In this document: piece by piece, positions 20,306-28,505 of the stretch
Position numbering within the stretch: position 1 is the first letter of the stretch
How the letters are laid out: each line of letters starts with the position of its first letter
Notes under the pieces: generated by a model
Database searches by the model: none
What the model was told of the DNA's origin: nothing
What the model saw: only the letters and a program-made list of their open reading frames with translations
Translations under genes and position numbers: made by a program
Assembly (NCBI GenBank): GCA_036646055.1
Contig: JAVXMY010000003.1
Coordinates: forward strand, 45,780 to 109,779
Source: Anaerovoracaceae bacterium
GTDB lineage: Bacteria; Bacillota; Clostridia; Peptostreptococcales; Anaerovoracaceae
Length of the DNA: 64,000 nucleotides
Direction of reading: 5' to 3'

Positions 20306-21187
20306 ATGGAACACATATATCAAATAAGCAAATATTTAAAAGAGAACTTTGGCGAAAAAGTAGTCAAACTATCTCTAGACGGCGGGTTTACCTGTCCAAA
20401 TAGAGATGGGAGTAAAAGTACTGGAGGATGCACATTCTGTTCATCAGAGGGCTCTGGAGAGCTTGCTAGCGACATTAAGGGCCAAATGGATCTTCTTTCA
20501 ATTAAGTGGCCTAATGTTAATAAATACATAGCCTACTTCCAAAGTCATACTAACACATATGCTCCTATAGAAAAATTAAGACAAATGTATTACGAAGCTT
20601 TAGATGGGGATAAAATTGTTGGTATAGCCATAGCAACAAGACCTGACTGCATTAATGAAGAAATCTTAGATTTATTAAGTGAGTTAAACGGAAAAACTTT
20701 TCTATGGGTAGAATTAGGGTTACAGACAATTCACAACAAAACTCGTAAGGATTTAAACATCTGTTATCCAGTATCCCAGTATGATGAAATAGTAGATAAA
20801 TTAAATCAGAGAAACATCAAATATGTTACCCATTTAATTTTAGGTTTTCCAGGGGAAACTAAGGATGATATGGTTGCTTCACTAAAACACATTACCTCCA
20901 AAAATATTTTCGGCCTAAAACTTCATATGCTTAACATTGTTAAAGGTTCACAAATGGAAAAAACCCACAGTGATTACAATTCATTTGACTCTCCGGAAGA
21001 ATATATAAACACAATCTGTGATTTTTTAGAATTAGTGCCTCCTAAAGTAACTATTCATAGGCTAACAGGAGATGTGCCAAGACCAATATTAATTACTCCT
21101 CCTTGGAGTTATAAAAAAAGAACAATTCTAAACGGAATTGCTCATGAACTAAAGCGAAGAGGATCATCTCAAGGATCAAAACTATAA
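20306..21187 (+). CDS. TIGR01212-family radical SAM protein (YhcC-like)
   Basis: It has LDGGFTCPNRDGSKSTGGCTFC with a CxxxxxxxCxxC-type cluster and an ELGLQT TIM-barrel core. The ORF opens at 20300, and the second ATG at 20306 has better spacing from AGGAAGG. Confidence 0.85.
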   Translation: MEHIYQISKYLKENFGEKVVKLSLDGGFTCPNRDGSKSTGGCTFCSSEGSGELASDIKGQMDLLSIKWPNVNKYIAYFQSHTNTYAPIEKLRQMYYEALDGDKIVGIAIATRPDCINEEILDLLSELNGKTFLWVELGLQTIHNKTRKDLNICYPVSQYDEIVDKLNQRNIKYVTHLILGFPGETKDDMVASLKHITSKNIFGLKLHMLNIVKGSQMEKTHSDYNSFDSPEEYINTICDFLELVPPKVTIHRLTGDVPRPILITPPWSYKKRTILNGIAHELKRRGSSQGSKL

Positions 21188-21192
21188 AACAA

Positions 21193-21216
21193 AAAAACGA
21201 GCCTTAGCTCGTTTTT
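21193..21216. terminator. Bidirectional rho-independent terminator between the convergent radical-SAM gene and tdk
   Basis: AAAAACGAGC-CTTA-GCTCGTTTTT is a 10-bp stem flanked by A and T runs on both sides. Confidence 0.8.
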
Positions 21217-21799
21217 ATTTATCTGATTTTATTCTACCGTCATTATAGTGCTTTCTGCACAAGGACACATACAAGTCATCTCCACCTACTAGAATCTGTT
21301 CTCCCTCTTTGACAAACTTTCCATCAACAATTCTAGCAACCATAGTAGCTTTCCTACCACACCAACAAATAGTCTTGATTTCTTCAATTTTATCAGCATA
21401 AGCAAGCAAATAATAAGAACCTTCAAACAGCTCATTTCTAAAGTCGTTTTTAAGGCCATAAGCCATAACCGGAACATTTAAGCTATCAACAATTTCAACT
21501 AATTCTTGAATATGATGTTTCTTCAAAAACTGGCATTCATCAAGTAATACGCAATCAATTTTATGTTTTTCATTTTCTCTAATAAATATTTCTAAAATAT
21601 TTGTATCTTCTGTTATGGCAATAGCCGACCTTTGAAGACCAACTCTTGAAGTAATAACACCCTCTCCATACCTGGTATCTACCTTGGGTGTCAAAACAAG
21701 AACTCTTTTACCACGTTCTTCATAATTATATGCAACTTTGATAAGCTCTATGGATTTACCAGCATTCATCGTACTGTATTTATAATATAATTGTGCCAT
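21215..21799 (-). CDS. tdk: Thymidine kinase
   Basis: It has P-loop MNAGKS, LLDECQF and a C-terminal Zn motif (CWCGRKAT...LCRKH). The ATG at 21799 (MAQLYYKY) has GGAGGG upstream. The ORF is open from 21814. Confidence 0.93.
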   Translation of the reverse strand: MAQLYYKYSTMNAGKSIELIKVAYNYEERGKRVLVLTPKVDTRYGEGVITSRVGLQRSAIAITEDTNILEIFIRENEKHKIDCVLLDECQFLKKHHIQELVEIVDSLNVPVMAYGLKNDFRNELFEGSYYLLAYADKIEEIKTICWCGRKATMVARIVDGKFVKEGEQILVGGDDLYVSLCRKHYNDGRIKSDK

Positions 21800-21820
21800 T
21801 TTAACACCCTCCATTAAATC

Positions 21821-21858
21821 TAAAAAGAATAAAACTCCTTTAAATTAATAAAGGAGTT
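21821..21858 (-). terminator. Rho-independent terminator closing the tRNA array
   Basis: The minus strand reads AACTCCTTTA-TTAATT-TAAAGGAGTT (10-bp stem) followed by TTTATTCTTTTT, immediately 3' of tRNA-Phe. Confidence 0.75.
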
Positions 21859-21860
21859 CG

Positions 21861-21936
21861 TGGTGCCCAGACTCGGGATCGAACCAAGGACACATGGATT
21901 TTCAATCCATTGCTCTACCAACTGAGCTATCTGGGC
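21861..21936 (-). tRNA. tRNA-Phe (GAA)
   Basis: The reverse complement, GCCCAGATAGCTCAGTTGGTAGAGC...ATGGA-TTGAAAA-TCCAT...GGTTCGATCC...CACCA, folds as a cloverleaf with an encoded CCA. Confidence 0.95.
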
Positions 21937-21967
21937 AAATTATACACTTTAACGTTTGAACCTAATT

Positions 21968-22044
21968 TGGTGGGCCATCAGGGACTTGAACCCCGGACCT
22001 GCCGGTTATGAGCCGGACGCTCTGACCAACTGAGCTAATGGCCC
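21968..22044 (-). tRNA. tRNA with CAT anticodon (elongator Met, or Ile2 if lysidine-modified)
   Basis: The reverse complement reads GGGCCATTAGCTCAGTTGGTCAGAGC..CCGG-CTCATAA-CCGG..GGTTCAAGTCC..ACCA. It is not initiator-like because positions 1-72 are paired. Met versus Ile2 cannot be resolved by eye. Confidence 0.85.
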
Positions 22045-22065
22045 AAACATATTTAGTAATAAATT

Positions 22066-22142
22066 TGGTCGGGGTGGCAGGATTTGAACCCGCGGCCCAC
22101 TGGTCCCAAACCAGTTGCGCTACCAAACTGCGCTACACCCCG
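22066..22142 (-). tRNA. tRNA-Pro (TGG)
   Basis: The reverse complement reads CGGGGTGTAGCGCAGTTTGGTAGCGC..ACTGG-TTTGGGA-CCAGT..GGTTCAAATCC..ACCA. Confidence 0.95.
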
Positions 22143-22179
22143 ATATTATATTTAATTGTTAGTCCATTTAATTGATAGT

Positions 22180-22255
22180 TGGCAGGGGTAGTAGGACTTG
22201 AACCCACGGCACATGGTTTTGGAGACCACTGCTCTACCAACTGAGCTATACCCCT
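22180..22255 (-). tRNA. tRNA-Trp (CCA)
   Basis: The reverse complement reads AGGGGTATAGCTCAGTTGGTAGAGC..GTGGT-CTCCAAA-ACCAT..GGTTCAAGTCC..GCCA. Confidence 0.94.
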
Positions 22256-22257
22256 AA

Positions 22258-22350
<93 letters not shown>

Positions 22351-22372
22351 AGGCTAAAACATGAAATCTATA

Positions 22373-22461
<89 letters not shown>

Positions 22462-22491
22462 ATATATGGATTCTACATTTATTGTTTTATT

Positions 22492-22567
22492 TGGTGACCC
22501 ATCGGAGATTCGAACTCCGGACACCTTGATTAAAAGTCAAGTGCTCTGCCGACTGAGCTAATGGGTC
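22492..22567 (-). tRNA. tRNA-Lys (TTT)
   Basis: The reverse complement reads GACCCATTAGCTCAGTCGGCAGAGC..CTTGA-CTTTTAA-TCAAG..AGTTCGAATCT..CACCA. Confidence 0.95.
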
Positions 22568-22574
22568 TTATTAT

Positions 22575-22649
22575 TGGCTGGGGTAGCAGGATTTGAACCT
22601 ACGCATGACGGAGTCAAAGTCCGTTGCCTTACCGCTTGGCTATACCCCA
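22575..22649 (-). tRNA. tRNA-Gln (TTG)
   Basis: The reverse complement reads TGGGGTATAGCCAAGCGGTAAGGC..ACGGA-CTTTGAC-TCCGT..GGTTCAAATCC..GCCA. Confidence 0.94.
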
Positions 22650-22687
22650 TCGTCATCCCTAACGCTTATTTATGTTTTTTTAAAAAA

Positions 22688-22764
22688 TGGTGAGCCCACA
22701 GGGATTCGAACCCCGGACACATGGCTTAGAAGGCCAATGCTCTATCCAGCTGAGCTATGGACCC
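22688..22764 (-). tRNA. tRNA-Arg (TCT)
   Basis: The reverse complement reads GGGTCCATAGCTCAGCTGGATAGAGC..TTGGC-CTTCTAA-GCCAT..GGTTCGAATCC..CACCA. The acceptor stem contains two G-U pairs. Confidence 0.9.
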
Positions 22765-22776
22765 ATATTTAAAAAA

Positions 22777-22850
<74 letters not shown>

Positions 22851-22876
22851 ATGTGTTATTATATCAAAGATATAAT

Positions 22877-22951
22877 TGGAGCGGAAGACGAGATTCGAAC
22901 TCGCGACCCTCGCCTTGGCAAGGCGATGCTCTACCCCTGAGCCACTTCCGC
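22877..22951 (-). tRNA. tRNA-Gly (GCC)
   Basis: The reverse complement reads GCGGAAGTGGCTCAGGGGTAGAGC..TCGCC-TTGCCAA-GGCGA..AGTTCGAATCT..CTCCA. Confidence 0.95.
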
Positions 22952-22963
22952 AAAATATTTAAT

Positions 22964-23048
22964 TGGTGGAGGAGAGTGGATTTGAACCACTGTAGACGTA
23001 GTCAACGGATTTACAGTCCGCCCCCTTTAGCCACTCGGGCACTCCTCC
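22964..23048 (-). tRNA. tRNA-Tyr (GTA)
   Basis: The reverse complement reads GGAGGAGTGCCCGAGTGGCTAAAGGGG..GCGGA-CTGTAAA-TCCGT, with a long variable arm and GGTTCAAATCC. Confidence 0.94.
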
Positions 23049-23052
23049 AAAA

Positions 23053-23128
23053 TGGAGCTGGCAGAGGGATTTGAACCCCCGACCTGCTGATTACAAATCA
23101 GCTGCTCTACCAACTGAGCTATGCCAGC
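23053..23128 (-). tRNA. tRNA-Thr (TGT)
   Basis: The reverse complement reads GCTGGCATAGCTCAGTTGGTAGAGC..GCTGA-TTTGTAA-TCAGC..GGTTCAAATCC..CTCCA. Confidence 0.95.
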
Positions 23129-23162
23129 ATATCATTATGCTTTCCCGATACTTATAAAAAAT

Positions 23163-23239
23163 TGGCGATCCGGATCGGGTTCGAACCGACGACCTCCAGC
23201 GTGACAGGCTGGCATTCTAACCAACTGAACTACCGGACC
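23163..23239 (-). tRNA. tRNA-Asp (GTC)
   Basis: The reverse complement reads GGTCCGGTAGTTCAGTTGGTTAGAAT..CCAGC-CTGTCAC-GCTGG..GGTTCGAACCC..GCCA. Confidence 0.95.
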
Positions 23240-23252
23240 ACATTTTTTTATT

Positions 23253-23328
23253 TGGTGGGCGTAATAGGGCTCGAACCTATGACCTCCTGCTTGTAAGGCA
23301 GATGCTCTCCCAGCTGAGCTATACGCCC
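23253..23328 (-). tRNA. tRNA-Val (TAC)
   Basis: The reverse complement reads GGGCGTATAGCTCAGCTGGGAGAGC..TCTGC-CTTACAA-GCAGG..GGTTCGAGCCC..CACCA. Confidence 0.95.
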
Positions 23329-23375
23329 AAACCTCTGTGTTTTGTGCTAAATCTATTTACTCGGCACAGTTATTA

Positions 23376-23404
23376 ACTATACAGTATACGATGTGATTTG
23401 TCAA
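23376..23404 (-). promoter_or_regulatory. tRNA-array promoter P1 (TTGACA-17-TATAGT) with an A-rich UP-like element upstream
   Basis: On the minus strand, TTGACA is the reverse complement of 23399-23404, followed by a 17-nt spacer and TATAGT (23376-23381). That leaves a leader of about 40 nt to tRNA-Val. The minus-strand sequence just upstream is GCTTTTAAAAATAAAAAAATAGAAAAAGTGC. Confidence 0.65.
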
Positions 23405-23507
23405 GCACTTTTTCTATTTTTTTATTTTTAAAAGCGGTGCAATTTCTTACTTACTTTTAAAAGCTACGGTTGTTACTGCTGTAATTTATTTTGCAGAACA
23501 TTTATAG

Positions 23508-23536
23508 ATAATACAGTAATTTTATATGTTTGTCAA
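23508..23536 (-). promoter_or_regulatory. tRNA-array promoter P2 (TTGACA-17-TATTAT)
   Basis: On the minus strand, TTGACA is at 23531-23536, followed by a 17-nt spacer and TATTAT (23508-23513). The upstream sequence is AT-rich. This promoter lies about 130 nt upstream of P1. Confidence 0.55.
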
Positions 23537-23598
23537 ATGGTTTTACGATATTTTTTTAAATAATTTTAGATTTATATTTTCTTACATATTATATGGAC

Positions 23599-24222
23599 TT
23601 ATACTTTTTCTACAGAATCCATCTCCCATACAAGTTGGCCTTTTCCTCCCGTCATATTTACTACTAAGGTTTTTAATTTTTCTGCCTCTTCAACATCAAC
23701 TATAAACTCAATTGTAACAACATCTTCATAAATAATAGGGCCTATTTTATAAAAACTGCCATCCTCCATACTTTGCAATTTTGCAAGATATGAATAATCA
23801 AGTTTATACTTAATTCTTTTTATCTCTTTAACTTGACATATACCGGCTTCCTTTAAGGCTTCCTTAACACAACCCGTATATGCCCTAACTAGCCCTCCTG
23901 TGCCTAGTTTTACTCCTCCAAAGTATCTTGTAACAACAACAACAACGTTAGTTACATTTTCTTTAACTAACATTTGCACAATTGGTGCCCCGCTAGTTCC
24001 TTGAGGTTCTCCATCATCGCTGGCCCATTGGATTTGCATTTTATCTCCAATTACCATTGCAGGAACATTATGAGTTGCACCTTTATGTTCTTCCCTAATA
24101 TTTTTAATATAGCTCTCTGCTTCTCCTCTAGTCTCCACAGGTTTTATATGAGCAATAAACCTTGATTTCTCAATAATTTGTTCTATACTTTTTTCTTCTT
24201 TAACTGTACTATATAGTATCAT
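23599..24222 (-). CDS. YigZ/IMPACT-family protein (UPF0029)
   Basis: 207 aa with [24 protein letters not shown] and [21 protein letters not shown]. Confidence 0.85.
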   Translation of the reverse strand: MILYSTVKEEKSIEQIIEKSRFIAHIKPVETRGEAESYIKNIREEHKGATHNVPAMVIGDKMQIQWASDDGEPQGTSGAPIVQMLVKENVTNVVVVVTRYFGGVKLGTGGLVRAYTGCVKEALKEAGICQVKEIKRIKYKLDYSYLAKLQSMEDGSFYKIGPIIYEDVVTIEFIVDVEEAEKLKTLVVNMTGGKGQLVWEMDSVEKV

Positions 24223-25489
24223 ATTTTTTCACCCTACTATAGTCTGCTTCAGAAAGTTCAACTTCAATTTCTGTCCCCTCTTCAACATATTCAACATTTT
24301 TCACAATACCTTTACTCATTACATAAGAGGTTATATCTCCTCTGCTATGTGGAACTAATAATTTTGCAACTACTACATCCTTGAATATCTTTTCTTCAAT
24401 TTTTTTCAACAAAAGATCAATATTTTCTCCGGTTTTTGCAGAAATTTTAATGATTTCATTGCCAGTTGCATCTATTATTTCACCTTCAATTAAATCTATT
24501 TTGTTATATGCCACAATTTTTTCCTTATTTCCGGCACCAATTTCATCAATTACTTTTTCCGTAACATCTATTTGAAAATCAAAATTTTCATATGAACTAT
24601 CCACTACATGAATTAGTAAATCAGCATAATTAACCTCATCTAAGGTTGACTTAAATGCTTTAACAATGGTATGAGGTAGTTTACTTACAAAGCCTACAGT
24701 ATCTATTAGTATAAACTCCCTATTAGATTCTAACTTTATGCTTCTTTGCTGTACATCCAAAGTGGCAAACAACATGTCTTTGGAACCAACTGCTTTTTCA
24801 TCTTTTTCAACTACTTCAAGAATCTTATTCATTAAAGCTGATTTCCCTGCATTTGTATAACCAACTAAAGCCACAACAGGAATATCAGACTTTTCTCTTT
24901 TGGCTCTCTGTGTATCTTTAGTAGCAATGGCTTGCTTCATTTCGCTTTTGATATCTTCCATTCTTCTCATAATGTGACGTCTATCTGTTTCAAGTTTCTT
25001 TTCACCTGGCCCTCTAGTTCCAATTCCGCCTCCTAGACGAGACAAAGACCTGCCAAAGCCCAATAGCCTTGGTAGTCTATATTGAAGCTGTGCTAGCTCA
25101 ACTTGTAGCTTTCCTTCACTAGATGTTGCTCTGCTTGCAAAGATGTCTAATATTAAAATTGTACGATCTATTACCCTAACGCCTGTAAGCTCTTCTAAAT
25201 TTCTAATCTGCGCTCCCGAAAGTTCGTCATTAAAAATAATAGTATCGGCTCCCATATTCTCGCACATCAATGCTACTTCTTGAACTTTACCCTTGCCAAT
25301 AAATGTTCCTGTATTTATTTTGTCTAATTTCTGTATAACAACACCAAGAACGTTACTATTTGCAGCAGATGCAAGCCCCTTAAGTTCTTCCATTGAATAA
25401 GATATGTCATGACGCAATTCCACACCAACTAATATGGCGTTACACTCTTCATTCTTGATTATCTCATTATCTTCACTAAATTTTATCAT
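24209..25489 (-). CDS. hflX: GTPase HflX
   Basis: 426 aa with the HflX N-domain ([26 protein letters not shown]), a coiled coil, and G-domain motifs [13 protein letters not shown] and NKID. Confidence 0.93.
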   Translation of the reverse strand: MIKFSEDNEIIKNEECNAILVGVELRHDISYSMEELKGLASAANSNVLGVVIQKLDKINTGTFIGKGKVQEVALMCENMGADTIIFNDELSGAQIRNLEELTGVRVIDRTILILDIFASRATSSEGKLQVELAQLQYRLPRLLGFGRSLSRLGGGIGTRGPGEKKLETDRRHIMRRMEDIKSEMKQAIATKDTQRAKREKSDIPVVALVGYTNAGKSALMNKILEVVEKDEKAVGSKDMLFATLDVQQRSIKLESNREFILIDTVGFVSKLPHTIVKAFKSTLDEVNYADLLIHVVDSSYENFDFQIDVTEKVIDEIGAGNKEKIVAYNKIDLIEGEIIDATGNEIIKISAKTGENIDLLLKKIEEKIFKDVVVAKLLVPHSRGDITSYVMSKGIVKNVEYVEEGTEIEVELSEADYSRVKKYDTI

Positions 25490-25563
25490 ATAATAACACT
25501 ACCAAAATAAACCGATATAGCTTGTTCTTAAATTACATCACGTTTATTTTCCCTTTCTTTTTA

Positions 25564-25587
25564 GAAAAAAACCTCGCTTATGCGAGG
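25564..25587 (-). terminator. Rho-independent terminator after codY
   Basis: The minus strand reads CCTCGC-ATAA-GCGAGG followed by TTTTTTT, 7 nt downstream of the codY stop. Confidence 0.8.
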
Positions 25588-25593
25588 TCTATT

Positions 25594-26370
25594 TTAACTA
25601 TTTGCTTTAAGTAAATTAATAAATTTATCATTAATTATTCTAATATGCGTACCCTTCATACCTAAAGATCTTGATTCAATTACCCCGGCACTTTCTAATT
25701 TGCGAAGAGCATTAACAATTACCGATCTAGTAATACTTGACTTATCAGCAATCCTACTAGCTACTAATATGCCTTCTTCTCCTTCAAGTTCTTCAAATAT
25801 TTTTTTAACTGCTTCATTTTCAGAATAAGAAAGTGTGCTTATTGCCATTTTAACAACTTCTTCTCTACGAATATCTTCTTCCTTTTCAAGAGCCTTTCTT
25901 CTTTGGATTTCAAGGCCTACAGCAGTAGCTCCTATTTCTCCTAGAACTAAGTCCTCTGCACTAAAAGTAGGCGCATAACGGGTGAATATAAGTGTGCCCC
26001 ATCTTTCGCCTCCACCTGTTACTGGAATAACAGTGTGCAATTTATCTTTTGTTTCATGATCGTTTTTAAATATCTTAAGAACTTCTTCAGCTTGTAAGTT
26101 TGCTTTTGTTCTTACAACCTTAAGTAATTCTTCATTATAAGCTTTTGGAAAAATTTCGTTTCCTGTTAATTCATCTGTAATCGTAGTGCTATCTGCTTCA
26201 ATAGAATAATGCACACCAATAATTTTACCTCTAACATTTGCTAAATATACATTGGAGTCTGTAAGTTCACTTAAAATCTCACACATTTGATCAAAAGAAA
26301 ATGCTCCCTTCGGGCTTTCTTGTAATACCCAGTTCAATTTTCTTACTTTAGATAAAATATCTCTTTCCAC
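25594..26370 (-). CDS. codY: GTP- and BCAA-sensing global transcriptional regulator CodY
   Basis: 258 aa, very close to Bacillus CodY as I recall it (PVTGGGERWGTLIF, MAISTLSYSE, LVASRIADKSSITRSVIVNALRKLESAGVIESRSLGMKGT). It uses a GTG start with AGGAGG 8 nt upstream. Confidence 0.96.
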   Translation of the reverse strand: MERDILSKVRKLNWVLQESPKGAFSFDQMCEILSELTDSNVYLANVRGKIIGVHYSIEADSTTITDELTGNEIFPKAYNEELLKVVRTKANLQAEEVLKIFKNDHETKDKLHTVIPVTGGGERWGTLIFTRYAPTFSAEDLVLGEIGATAVGLEIQRRKALEKEEDIRREEVVKMAISTLSYSENEAVKKIFEELEGEEGILVASRIADKSSITRSVIVNALRKLESAGVIESRSLGMKGTHIRIINDKFINLLKANS

Positions 26371-26409
26371 AATATGTTCCTCCTAATTTACTAAATATGC
26401 CAACATATC

Positions 26410-26439
26410 AAAAAATAATGCTAGCTCCCACTAGCATTA
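26410..26439 (-). terminator. Rho-independent terminator after hslU
   Basis: The minus strand reads TAATGCTAG-TGGGAG-CTAGCATTA (9-bp stem) followed by TTTTTT. Confidence 0.7.
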
Positions 26440-26464
26440 TATTATAAGTAATAATCTATTTCAA
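26436..26464 (-). promoter_or_regulatory. Putative codY promoter (TTGAAA-17-TATAAT) overlapping the hslU terminator
   Basis: On the minus strand, TTGAAA is at 26459-26464, followed by a 17-nt spacer and TATAAT (26436-26441). The last 4 nt of the -10 hexamer are the first 4 nt of the terminator's 5' arm. Confidence 0.5.
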
Positions 26465-26476
26465 TAGATTATTAAG

Positions 26477-26491
26477 AAATTTTAGAAAATT
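26477..26491 (-). promoter_or_regulatory. CodY-box-like motif upstream of codY
   Basis: The minus strand reads AATTTTCTAAAATTT, matching the consensus AATTTTCWGAAAATT at 13 of 15 positions. It sits 12 nt upstream of the putative -35. Confidence 0.45.
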
Positions 26492-26508
26492 CTTTATTTC
26501 TCACACAA

Positions 26509-27942
26509 TTACAAAATATATCTATCTAAATCTTCTGGCTTAATCTTTTCAATAAACTTTTGATTTACATAATCCTTGTCAATCACTATACTATCTTCTT
26601 CGCTATCAGGTAAATTAAATGAAATATCTTCTAGTAACTTTTCCAAAATAGTATGTAATCTTCTAGCTCCAATATTTTCTGTTTGTTCATTCATCAAAAA
26701 TGCCATTTTAGCCACTTCAGATATAGCATCTTCTGTAAAATCTACTTTTACGCCTTCTGTTTCTAATAAAGCTTTTTGCTGTTTCAATACTGCATTTTCT
26801 GGCACTGTTAAGATTTTTAAGAAAGCGTCCTCTGTTAAGTTTTCTAGTTCAACTCTAATTGGAAATCTACCTTGCAACTCAGGAATAAGGTCTGTTGGCT
26901 TTGCAATATGAAAAGCACCAGCACCAATAAACAAAATGTGATCTGTTTTAACTGGACCATGCTTAGTATTTATTACACTACCTTCTACAATTGGTAGAAT
27001 ATCTCTTTGTACCCCTTCTCTTGAAACATCAGCTCCTGATCTTAAGCTTGATCCTGATGCAATTTTATCAATTTCATCAATGAATATAATACCATTTTGT
27101 TCTGCATTATGAAGAGCCTCTTCAACAACAGCATCCATATCAATTAGGTTTTGTGCTTCTTCTTCTCTTAAAATTTTTCTAGCATCCTTAACCTTAACTT
27201 TTTTCTGCTTGGTTTTTTTAGGCATCATATCGCCAAAAATATTGCCAATAGCAATTCCCATGCCTTCATTACCCATATCAAGTTCGTTGCCTTTTGGTGA
27301 CGCAGTAACTTCAATTTCAATATACTGTTCTTCTAAAGCTCCAGCTTTAAGTTGCTGTCTAACTTGTTCTCTCGCCAAATCTATATCAGGCTTATCTGCA
27401 GAAGTTTCATTTTCACTTGCACGTTTTTCTTCATACATTTGCTTCTGGCTTTGATATCCGCCATTATTAAGTATAAAATCAAAAGGCCCATTGTTTGTAT
27501 TATCTACTTTTTTCTTGCCTCCTGGTATTATAGCTTCAATTATTTTTTCTTCTGCAAGTTCATCTGCTATAGTATATTTTTCTTCAAGCCTACTTTGTTT
27601 AGTAACTCTAATAGATGCTTCAACTAAATCTCTCACCATAGAATCAACATCTCTACCAACATATCCAACCTCAGTAAATTTAGTTGCTTCTACTTTTACA
27701 AAAGGCGCATCCATTAATTTTGCAAGTCTTCTTGCTATTTCAGTTTTACCAACTCCTGTTGGCCCCATCATCAAAATATTTTTTGGAGTAATTTCCTCTT
27801 GTAATTCTTCTGATAATAGACTTCTTCTATATCGGTTTCTTAATGCCACAGCCACAGACTTCTTTGCTTCATCTTGACCGATAATATATTTATCCAACTC
27901 ACCAACGATCTCCCTTGGTGTCATATAATATAGTTTTTTCAT
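26509..27942 (-). CDS. hslU: ATP-dependent protease ATPase subunit HslU (ClpY)
   Basis: 477 aa with [17 protein letters not shown], Walker [26 protein letters not shown] and an I-domain insertion. Confidence 0.95.
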   Translation of the reverse strand: MKKLYYMTPREIVGELDKYIIGQDEAKKSVAVALRNRYRRSLLSEELQEEITPKNILMMGPTGVGKTEIARRLAKLMDAPFVKVEATKFTEVGYVGRDVDSMVRDLVEASIRVTKQSRLEEKYTIADELAEEKIIEAIIPGGKKKVDNTNNGPFDFILNNGGYQSQKQMYEEKRASENETSADKPDIDLAREQVRQQLKAGALEEQYIEIEVTASPKGNELDMGNEGMGIAIGNIFGDMMPKKTKQKKVKVKDARKILREEEAQNLIDMDAVVEEALHNAEQNGIIFIDEIDKIASGSSLRSGADVSREGVQRDILPIVEGSVINTKHGPVKTDHILFIGAGAFHIAKPTDLIPELQGRFPIRVELENLTEDAFLKILTVPENAVLKQQKALLETEGVKVDFTEDAISEVAKMAFLMNEQTENIGARRLHTILEKLLEDISFNLPDSEEDSIVIDKDYVNQKFIEKIKPEDLDRYIL

Positions 27943-27954
27943 TATTATCGCCTC

Positions 27955-28491
27955 CTATAGCTTTTCCACTGAAATATTATCATTAGTATATACGCAAATT
28001 GATGCGGCAATTTCTAATGACTTTCTTACAATCTCTTCTGCACTTAAATCTGTATTGTTATATAAGGCATTGGCAGCTGCATAAGCGTAATTCCCACCTG
28101 AACCAATAGCAATAAAGTCCTGATCTGGTTCAATTACTTCTCCACCTCCGGAGACAACAAGTAAACTCTCTTCATTTGCAACTATCATAAGAGCTTCAAG
28201 GCCTCTCATACCTTTGTCGCTTCTCCATAAGCTAGCAAGAGCAACAGCGGCTCTTTTTAAATTCCCACCATGTTCATCTAATTTGCTTTCAAATTTTTCT
28301 GTCAAAGCAAAAGCATCCGCAACAGATCCTGCAAAGCCAGAAACAACTGTCCCCTTATAAATTTTTCTAATTTTTTTAGCGCCATTTTTCATTATTGCTG
28401 TTTCACCCATAGTAACCTGTCCATCACCACCTATAGCAATGTCATTAGGGCCTCTTCTTACAGCACATATTGTTGTAGCATTAAATTTCAT
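27955..28491 (-). CDS. hslV: ATP-dependent protease subunit HslV (ClpQ)
   Basis: It has an Ntn-hydrolase start ([13 protein letters not shown]), GDGQVTMG and GSGGNYA. The ATG at 28491 has GGAGG upstream. The ORF is open from 28506. Confidence 0.93.
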   Translation of the reverse strand: MKFNATTICAVRRGPNDIAIGGDGQVTMGETAIMKNGAKKIRKIYKGTVVSGFAGSVADAFALTEKFESKLDEHGGNLKRAAVALASLWRSDKGMRGLEALMIVANEESLLVVSGGGEVIEPDQDFIAIGSGGNYAYAAANALYNNTDLSAEEIVRKSLEIAASICVYTNDNISVEKL

Positions 28492-28505
28492 AAATAATAC
28501 CTCCA

